The notes under the pieces are model-generated. The model had not been told where the DNA came from. It did no database searches and saw only the letters and a list, made by a program, of their open reading frames with translations. Of a stretch of DNA of 35,614 bases, positions 26,908-34,600 are shown piece by piece. Position 1 is the first letter of the stretch. Each line of letters starts with the position of its first letter. A program made the translations under genes and the position numbers. The stretch is from an uncultured Pseudomonadota bacterium (GTDB lineage Bacteria; Pseudomonadota; Alphaproteobacteria; RF32; CAG-239), in NCBI GenBank assembly GCA_902797315.1, contig CADBSM010000080.1, positions 1 through 35,614 on the forward strand, given 5' to 3'.

Positions 26908-28173
26908 CTATTCATATTTCTTCAAAATTAATGTCGCATTTGTGCCGCCAAAACCAAATGAATTTGACATAGCTGCTTTAATTTCACGTTTTTTAGGCTG
27001 TAAAGGCACTAAATCCATATCTTTCAGCTCATCTTCAACATCTTCTAAATTTAATGTTGGCGGGCATATTTGATCTTGAATGGCAAGGGTTGTATAAACG
27101 GCTTCGACAGAACCAGCGGCTCCAAGTAAATGCCCAATAGATGATTTTGTTGATGACATAGAGACATTTTTGATTTTTGAGGCAAAAACTTCTTTAACGG
27201 CTAAAGCTTCACCAACATCGCCAACAATTGTTGATGTGCCGTGAGCATTAATGTAACCAATATCATCTAAAGAAACGTTGTGCTCGGCAGCTTTTTTTAA
27301 GGCCATTTGCATAGAACGCTTTGCTCCTTCGCCAGAAGGTGATGTAATGTGATAAGCATCACCCGAAACACCATATCCGGCAACCTCTGCATAAATTTTT
27401 GCACCGCGGGCAAGAGCATGATTAAGTTCTTCCAAGACAAGGGCTCCTGCACCTTCACTCATTACAAAACCACTGCGCTTTTTGTCCCATGGACGAGAAG
27501 CTTTTTCAGGTGTATCATTAAAATCAGAAGCAAGCGCACGCATGCGTGAAAATCCGGCTAAACCTAAAACGTTAATAGGGGCTTCAGCTGAGCCTGCCAA
27601 CATAAAGTCAGCATCTCCGCGTTCGATCATGCAATAAGCTTCACCAATGGCATGAGCTCCTGTGGTGCAGGCTGAAACACAGGCTTCATTGGGTCCTTTT
27701 AATCCATATTTGATTGATAAGTTGCCTGAAATAAGATTAATCAAAACAGACGGAATGAAAAATGGCGATACACAACGCATACCAACCTCATTGAAAGAAA
27801 GGGAGCTTTCGTAAATTGTTTGCAGACCGCCAATGCCGGATCCCATCATGACGCCACAACGCTCTTGTTGTTCAGGTGTTTCAGGAACAAAACCGCAATC
27901 TTTCATAGCCTCGATGCCGGCGGCCATGCCATAAACAATGAACGTGTCATTCTTTTTTTGATCTTTTAGGGGCAAAACTTCATCAATATTAAATTCTCCT
28001 TTCTCTTTGCCCCAAGGAACACGTCCCGCAATTTTGACCGGTATGTCTTTTAAATCAATGTCTTCAATTTTAACGATGCCTGAATCGCCTTTAAGTAAAC
28101 GTTTCCAGTTGTGTTGAACGCCAACACCTAATGGCGAAACAATTCCAAGACCTGTGACGACAACTCTTCTCAT
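26908..28173 (-). CDS. fabF: 3-oxoacyl-ACP synthase II
   Basis: The catalytic triad context is present: ACTTGAHAIG (Cys), NAHGTST (His) and GHLLGAAG (His). ATG 28173 lies 7 nt after AAGAGG; the track starts at a TTG two codons upstream. Confidence 0.95.
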   Translation of the reverse strand: MRRVVVTGLGIVSPLGVGVQHNWKRLLKGDSGIVKIEDIDLKDIPVKIAGRVPWGKEKGEFNIDEVLPLKDQKKNDTFIVYGMAAGIEAMKDCGFVPETPEQQERCGVMMGSGIGGLQTIYESSLSFNEVGMRCVSPFFIPSVLINLISGNLSIKYGLKGPNEACVSACTTGAHAIGEAYCMIERGDADFMLAGSAEAPINVLGLAGFSRMRALASDFNDTPEKASRPWDKKRSGFVMSEGAGALVLEELNHALARGAKIYAEVAGYGVSGDAYHITSPSGEGAKRSMQMALKKAAEHNVSLDDIGYINAHGTSTIVGDVGEALAVKEVFASKIKNVSMSSTKSSIGHLLGAAGSVEAVYTTLAIQDQICPPTLNLEDVEDELKDMDLVPLQPKKREIKAAMSNSFGFGGTNATLILKKYE

Positions 28174-28203
28174 ATTCAACCTCTTGATTATATCTATAGT
28201 ACC

Positions 28204-28233
28204 AAAAAACTCGCTTGAATACAGCGAGTTTTT
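28204..28233 (-). terminator. Hairpin/terminator between acpP and fabF
   Basis: On the minus strand: AAAAACTCGCT-GTATTCA-AGCGAGTTTTTT. Confidence 0.65.
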
Positions 28234-28255
28234 ACGTTAACTTAAGCCACAAGAC

Positions 28256-28489
28256 TTACGCATTCTTTGAAAGATAATCAATCGCATCTTTCACTGTTAA
28301 GATTTTTTCAGCAGCGTCATCAGGAATTTCACAGCCGAATTCTTCTTCAAAAGCCATAACAAGCTCAACAGTGTCCAAGCTATCAGCGCCTAAATCATCA
28401 ATAAAGCTAGCACTTTCTGTAACTTTTGATTCTTCAACGCCAAGATGTTCTGCAACGATCTTTTTAACGCGATTTGCGGTATCAGTCAT
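28256..28489 (-). CDS. acpP: Acyl carrier protein
   Basis: [21 protein letters not shown] carries the phosphopantetheine Ser in DSLD. ATG 28489 lies 9 nt after GAGG; the track ORF begins at an upstream TTG. Confidence 0.95.
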   Translation of the reverse strand: MTDTANRVKKIVAEHLGVEESKVTESASFIDDLGADSLDTVELVMAFEEEFGCEIPDDAAEKILTVKDAIDYLSKNA

Positions 28490-28744
28490 GTATTTAAACC
28501 TCAAATAAAATTAAAACAAATTTTCAGACCTTTTCACCAGTCTTGTTTTTTTGTTATCAAATTTAGGCTCTTTTGACAAGCTTTTTTTTAAATGTTAATC
28601 CACAAAAAGATTCTTTTGGTTTTTAACTATTTGATTTTGTGGTGTTTTATTGAGTTTTCTTTTTCTTGGCTCACGTGCATAAATAAGTTGTTATCTTTTG
28701 ATCAATACTTATATATATCACAAAATTGTCAAAAAGGAGAAAAG

Positions 28745-29671
28745 ATGAAAGTTGCAATCGTGGGAGCAGGACAGGTCGGAAGCGCTACAGCTTTTGCGCT
28801 TATTTTAAGGGGTGTGGCAAGAGAGGTCGTTTTGGTTGATATAAACAAACAAAAAGCTACAGCTGAAGCACTTGATATTTCACACGCTACAACTTTTGCA
28901 TATGCCGGCAAAATTTATAGTGGAGATTATGCAGATATAAAGGGTTCTGACGTCGTTATTATTGCTGCCGGGGCTAATCAAAAGCCCAAAGAGACGCGGA
29001 TTTCTTTAATGCAGAGAAATGTTGCAATCTTAAAAAATATTGTTGACAATATCCTAAAATATGCGCCTAAAGCCTTTGTTTTGGTGGCTTCTAATCCCGT
29101 TGATATTATGACAAATCACACATTAAAGCTTTCAGGTCTTCCTCAAAATCAGGTTTTTGGAAGTGGTACAATCCTAGATACGTCAAGATTTCGTACGCTA
29201 ATTGGTGAATATTTCGGTGTTTCTTCAAAATCGGTACATGCTAATGTTTTGGGCGAACATGGGGATAGTGAGGTTTTGGTGTGGTCAAATGCTGATATTG
29301 GAACACTTTCCATTGAAGAGTTTGCTCAAGAACGCCACAAAAGTTTATCTGAAGAAGTGAAGGGTGAAATAGATAATCATGTGCGTTATGCCGCTTACAA
29401 AATTATTGAAGGCAAAGGCGCAACTTTTTATGGCATTGCAGGAGCTCTTGCGCGTATTTGTCAGGCAATATCTACTAATGAAAATGCTGTTTTAACAGTT
29501 TCTTCGTTTCATCAAAACATTGAAGGGGTCGAAGATGTTTGCTTGTCTTTACCTTCAATTGTTAATAAAACAGGAATTGAACAAGTTTTTATGCCTTCAC
29601 TTTCAGACAAAGAACGTGAACTGTTGGCTTTAAGTGCTTTGAAGCTCAAAAATTACATAAAAAACATTTAA
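28745..29671 (+). CDS. ldh: L-lactate dehydrogenase
   Basis: MKVAIVGAGQVGSATAFAL; AGANQKPKETR, where Gln at the specificity position is the LDH type rather than the MDH type; SNPVD; DTSRFR; LGEHGDSE. AAGGAG precedes ATG 28745. Confidence 0.87.
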   Translation: MKVAIVGAGQVGSATAFALILRGVAREVVLVDINKQKATAEALDISHATTFAYAGKIYSGDYADIKGSDVVIIAAGANQKPKETRISLMQRNVAILKNIVDNILKYAPKAFVLVASNPVDIMTNHTLKLSGLPQNQVFGSGTILDTSRFRTLIGEYFGVSSKSVHANVLGEHGDSEVLVWSNADIGTLSIEEFAQERHKSLSEEVKGEIDNHVRYAAYKIIEGKGATFYGIAGALARICQAISTNENAVLTVSSFHQNIEGVEDVCLSLPSIVNKTGIEQVFMPSLSDKERELLALSALKLKNYIKNI

Positions 29672-29702
29672 GCGGTTATATATAGACTTTTTTAACTTTT
29701 TA

Positions 29703-29711
29703 TGATATAAT
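29703..29711 (+). promoter_or_regulatory. Candidate extended -10 element (TGaTATAAT)
   Basis: tgatataat lies about 35 nt upstream of ATG 29746. Confidence 0.35.
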
Positions 29712-29745
29712 CTATCATAGAGTTAGTGTTTTTTGGGAGAAAACA

Positions 29746-30402
29746 ATGCGTAGAAGCCATGAAAAAGGTGCGTCCTTTGACGATGTTCTTAAAGCGTTGT
29801 TTTTATTTTTTTTGTTCGCCGGGGTCGTTTTTTATTGGGTGTCAACATTGCTCCATCGTCATTATATGGAACAAATTGCTGAGCAAGTCGGTACTTTCTT
29901 TACAAAATATGAGACTGAATTACCCGGTTTTATAAGACAAAAACTCAATCTCAATTCATCTAAGCAACTCATTAATTATGGCTTGGTACCTGAATGCAAA
30001 GAGAAAGTCAGTGTTTTTAACAAAAACAAACAGGTTTGTGCTTTGCCGCTTGGACAGATAGAGATAAATACCGAATATTTGGATCCGTTTTATTATACCT
30101 ACTTGTACATTCATTTTACGGATATATACAAAAGAGTTTCTTGTGAAAACTTTTTATCTGTTGGCTGGGAAAAACTTCTTCCTCAAGAATGGTGGGGTCC
30201 GAAGAGTTATATCGGTGTAATGAGTGAAAATACAACGGGAAAAATTTATTTTTCACTTAATCCGCAATATATTAAAAATGACGGAGCCGAGGCAAAGCCT
30301 ACGGAAGAACACATAAAACAAGTATGTGAAGTTTGCAGAGATAGTTTTTATTGCACAATCCTGTTTTTCTTTGATTTTGATAAAAACCTATACAAGTCAT
30401 AA
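29746..30402 (+). CDS. Hypothetical membrane-anchored protein (218 aa, one N-terminal TM segment, 7 Cys)
   Basis: An ORF with the N-terminal hydrophobic helix ALFLFFLFAGVVFYWVSTLL. I recognise no family. It occupies the position where lptB-rpoN usually precede hpf. Confidence 0.5.
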   Translation: MRRSHEKGASFDDVLKALFLFFLFAGVVFYWVSTLLHRHYMEQIAEQVGTFFTKYETELPGFIRQKLNLNSSKQLINYGLVPECKEKVSVFNKNKQVCALPLGQIEINTEYLDPFYYTYLYIHFTDIYKRVSCENFLSVGWEKLLPQEWWGPKSYIGVMSENTTGKIYFSLNPQYIKNDGAEAKPTEEHIKQVCEVCRDSFYCTILFFFDFDKNLYKS

Positions 30403-30411
30403 AAATTTAAG

Positions 30412-30440
30412 TTGATATCTGAAATAAAAAAACATATAAT
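30412..30440 (+). promoter_or_regulatory. Near-consensus sigma70 promoter TTGATA-N17-TATAAT upstream of hpf
   Basis: TTGATA at 30412-30417, a 17-nt spacer, and TATAAT at 30435-30440. Confidence 0.5.
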
Positions 30441-30475
30441 CCAATTCAATTTCGGTTTAATACTAAGGATAGAAA

Positions 30476-31036
30476 ATGAATATTACTTTGACCTCGAAAC
30501 AAGTCGACATTGGTGATAGATTAAAAAAACATGTTGAAGAGACAATTGAAAACACAGTAACAAAATATTTTAATGCCCCTTTGGGTTGCAGTGTGTCTTT
30601 TTCGAAAGAAGGTGAGGCGTTTTTAGCAGAAGCAACTGTTCGTCCAGCTAAAAACATTGTTTTAAAGGCAACAGGTGAAGCTTCAGATCCTTATTCGGCT
30701 TTCGATAATGCCAATGAACATATTGCAACTCGTTTGAGACGAAACAAAAACAAGCTGAACAGTCGAAAAAACAAGGTTAGCTTAGCTGAGCTTGCTTATC
30801 AGGCTGTTTTACCTGTTCATGAAACAGAAGAAGAAATGGATGTTGATGTTGACAGCCCAATTACAATTGCCGAAGTAGATGCCAATATCCCTGTTTGTAC
30901 AGTGAGTGAAGCCGTGATGTATATGGATCTTTCGGGTGAAAATGCTTTGATGTTTCGGAATGTTTCAAACAATCATATCAGCATGGTTTATAAACGCCAT
31001 GATGGACATATCGGTTGGGTTGAGCCAAAAGCTTAA
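30476..31036 (+). CDS. hpf: Ribosome hibernation promoting factor (long HPF / sigma54-modulation protein family)
   Basis: MNITLTSKQVDIGDRLKKHVEE...SDPYSAFDNA is the S30AE N-domain, followed by a C-terminal dimerisation domain (RNVSNNHISMVYKRHDGHIGWVEP). Confidence 0.88.
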   Translation: MNITLTSKQVDIGDRLKKHVEETIENTVTKYFNAPLGCSVSFSKEGEAFLAEATVRPAKNIVLKATGEASDPYSAFDNANEHIATRLRRNKNKLNSRKNKVSLAELAYQAVLPVHETEEEMDVDVDSPITIAEVDANIPVCTVSEAVMYMDLSGENALMFRNVSNNHISMVYKRHDGHIGWVEPKA

Positions 31037-31054
31037 AATTAAGGTTGGAACGTT

Positions 31055-31498
31055 ATGAAACTATCAGATATTCTTTCTCAAAACACAATAGTCATGTCTG
31101 TAAAGGCTTCCAATAAGTCACAGCTGATTAAGGAGATGGCCGCAAAAATTGCAAGACATGAGAATATAGACGTGCATATGGTTGAAGATGCTATGTTTGA
31201 GCGTGAAAACTTAGGTTCAACAGGTTATGGGGCAGGTATTGCTTTTCCGCATGGAAGAGTAGAGGGCGCAAAACGTGTTAAAGCTTATTTTACAAAACTT
31301 TCAGAGCCAATTGATTATGATTCAATAGACGGAAAGCCTGTTGATTTGTTTTTTGCTCTTGTCTCTCCTGAAAACAGTGGTGCCGACCATTTAGAGGCTT
31401 TATCCGTGTTGTCTAAAACAGCTCAAAACAAAACTTTGTGTGCAAAGCTCAGAAAAGCAACAACCAAAGACGATATTTATAAAATTTTAACACGTTGA
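31055..31498 (+). CDS. ptsN: PTS IIA-Ntr (nitrogen regulatory EIIA)
   Basis: EIIA type-2 fold with the phosphorylatable His in GIAFPHGR. It is in the canonical position after hpf. Confidence 0.85.
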   Translation: MKLSDILSQNTIVMSVKASNKSQLIKEMAAKIARHENIDVHMVEDAMFERENLGSTGYGAGIAFPHGRVEGAKRVKAYFTKLSEPIDYDSIDGKPVDLFFALVSPENSGADHLEALSVLSKTAQNKTLCAKLRKATTKDDIYKILTR

Positions 31499-31524
31499 TT
31501 TTTAAAAAAAATCAGGCATTTCTG

Positions 31525-31571
31525 CTTTGTTCTAAAGGTTTTTATCTCTTTTAGAACAAAGTATTTTTTTT
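31525..31571 (+). terminator. Rho-independent terminator after ptsN
   Basis: 12-bp stem ctttgttctaaa (31525-31536) / tttagaacaaag (31550-31561) followed by a T8 run. Confidence 0.8.
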
Positions 31572-31597
31572 GTTACAAATATTTCACAAAAAAACAA

Positions 31598-31626
31598 TTG
31601 ATAAGAGCAAAAATAAAATGTATAAT
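31598..31626 (+). promoter_or_regulatory. Near-consensus sigma70 promoter TTGATA-N17-TATAAT upstream of the giant ORF
   Basis: TTGATA at 31598-31603, a 17-nt spacer, and TATAAT at 31621-31626. GAGG at 31655-31658 lies 5 nt before ATG 31664. Confidence 0.55.
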
Positions 31627-31663
31627 CTTTCCAAGGTATTGCAATATTTTTTTAGAGGTCCTC

Positions 31664-34600
31664 ATGATCAAATTTTTTGTTTTTGCGTTTATTCTTTTTT
31701 CTTCAATAAAGCCGACTTTTGCGCAGACAGAAGATCCGCAGCATTTGGAAAGTCGTTGCGGCAAGGGTTGCGTTGATAAACTTCTTGATTGTGAAGAGCT
31801 TGGCTATCAAAAAAATCTTTATTGTCCTGAAGGATATGTGATTTGTCCGTTTGATCCAGAATATATCTGGTGCAAAACTTATACTTGTGACATGGGCGGT
31901 CTTTATACAGAGGATGAAGTTTCTGCTAAAAGGGCAGAGGGATATCTATGCCACAAGTACAGATATCACGGACACACTTGTTATGAGTGCGATGATGTAG
32001 ATGAAGAGCGCTGCCAGTGGACGGCTGCCAATGTTGGACAAGGCAAGCCATCAGGTCAGCTTTGTCCCAATGGTAAATACACAGAATGTGTCAAAGAGTG
32101 TTATTTGCAAGATAAATCATCTCAAATTCCTTCAGGAGAAGCAGTTGTGCCGGTGTATACAAAATGCTTCAACTGCGGGGTTGAAGAAAGAATCGTGACA
32201 GATTTTGAGTGTAAGGCGGGTTATATTAAAAAGAATGGAAAATGTGAACCCAATGGGTGTCCGTTACCTGTGACACATACTGATATTTTGTATGGAACAA
32301 ATGTGACAGATTGTGATACCAAAGCTCACCCTGAAGGTTGGTATTTTGAATCAAACGGCAGAAGCGGAGACAAAGCTTGCGGTCGCTGTATTCCTAAAGA
32401 ATGTCAGGCTGGATACACGCCAGGTGAGGTATGTCCTTCAGGTGCTGGATATCAGCATCACACGGCAGGCTATTCAGGTGATCAGCTTTGCGGTTATTGC
32501 GAAAACCTAACGTGTGTTGCGCCATATAGCGCAAACTATCAAAAAATAGAAGATTGTCCGAAGCTTTCTAATGAAAATTGGAGCATAAGCAAAGCATGGA
32601 CATATCAAAGGTCCACTCAGCAGTCGGGTGATTTGGCTTGCGGCAGGTGTGAGCCCAATCAGTGTAATGCAGGTTATACTGAGCAATATCAAAGTGTTGA
32701 AGATTGCCCGAATTCGACCGGATATGTGTGGGATTATGATAAAACAAAATTTTATGGCGATTTATATTGCGGTGTTTGTATCCCCAAAACTTGCGAAAAA
32801 GGTTCAATAGAACTGACGATTTCAGATTGTCCGTACGTTAGTTCGGTTGGTGCTTATATACAAGACACTGGTTTGTACATGGGAGAAAAACCATGCAAGG
32901 AATGCCAATGCGATGCGTCAAGCTGTCCATTTAAAACAACTCAGAGCAGCAGTTCGGCTGTCGTTGTCGGTGATGGTGGAGAGGGTGTCACACCATGTTG
33001 CGATGGTGTATCATACCAAGGTTGTAAGGTTAAAGCTTCGTGCTGCGGTTCTACGGTCAAGAACATTGAACATGCCACAGGTTATAAGGTCAATTGCACG
33101 GCTTGCGGCGAAACATATTGGGGTGCGACAGCGTGTGAAGGAAAATACAAGCCTAATGCTTGCGGTATTTGTGTAGAACAGCGTTGTGAAGATATCAGCA
33201 ATCAGCTCTTTTCAAAACCAGATTGCACCAATCCTTTTCCCAACCTGCCATTTACACGTTATGGCTATACTGCCGTTCCTTCAACAGAATATCCCGGTTG
33301 CTACAGCTGTGTTTGTGACGTGACAGCAAGCGAGTGTCCTTATACAGATGATTTTCGAGATACTTCGCGGGCATATATCGGTCTTGGACAAGGTCGAAAA
33401 GTGTGTTGCGACGGTTCTTATCGGGAATGTGTCAACGAAACTTGTCAAGGTTTGCAACAATGCCCTGAAAATGCTGATCTGTGCTCACAGTGTGATGCCT
33501 GCGGAAAAACATATTACAGAGTACACAACTGTAAAACAGGTTATGCCGGTGTAAGTTGTGAGGAGTGCGCAGCAAACTATGTTGAACAAAACGGAGTTTG
33601 TATTCCGGTTGTTGGTTGCGGAGACCATGGCTATCAGGTAGATGATGGGTGTGTGTGTGATGAAGGTTACAAAGGTAAGAATTGTGATGAATGTGATGAG
33701 GGTTATGTCAAAGACAAAAACAGCGGATTGTGTCGACCGGCTGAATGTTCGGATAATAAGTGGAAAACTGCATGCGATTCAGACTGTGAAAATTGTGTTT
33801 CAAAAACGATGAAATCCGGCAAAAGTACGATTCAATGCTTTGAAGTAACCCCTAAAAACTGTAATGAAATATGTGCTAATGCAGAAGGCGTTATTTCCGA
33901 CAGCAGTATGTGTGGTGAATCTAGCTTAGAACGCTGGAAACAAGGTAGGGGGCTTTACCAATATTTAAGTTCGGCTACGACGAGAAAGAGCGTTTCAGTT
34001 TGCGGCAAAACATGTTATGTGCCTGACGGATGCCCTGAAGGTGAGGCTTTAAGCAATGATCAACATCAGCAAAAAATTGAAGAAGGTTACGTTTGTCTGG
34101 AATCACATGAGAATGCAGTAGGTGAAATGTGCTATCTTTGTGTGCCTGATAGTTGTGAGGGCGACTTTGTCACAGAAAAACAAAAAAATGAGGCTGAAGC
34201 AAGCGGTGCAATATGTACACGTGTAGCTGCTTTTTCAACAACAGGTGGTTTTTGCTACAAATGTGTTTCAGATACTTGTGACGATGATTATGTGTGGTCA
34301 AAGGAAAAATTGTCTTTAGATTTGTATGCTTATGCAACGCAAGATATTTTCACTTACGGACCGCCACAGTCTTCTGAATTTGCAAGTTATATGAGTTTTC
34401 CTGAAGATATTTATGAAGGTCAAGGAAAAGAGTATTACATAGTTTATCCATATGCAGATTGTGATAACCATTCGGAACCGGGACAAGACGTATTGTGTTA
34501 CAAAAATGCTGCCGGACATTATTGTTATCAAAGATATGATACATATTTCGGGGCAACCGAAGAACCCATATGTTCTAGTTTAACGCACAATACTTTGTAT

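Noticed and set aside
28592-28744. A 51-codon N-terminal extension of the lactate dehydrogenase ORF.
   Set aside because: The canonical LDH N-terminus MKVAIVGAGQVG begins at ATG 28745, directly after AAGGAG. The extension is hydrophobic AT-rich intergenic read-through.
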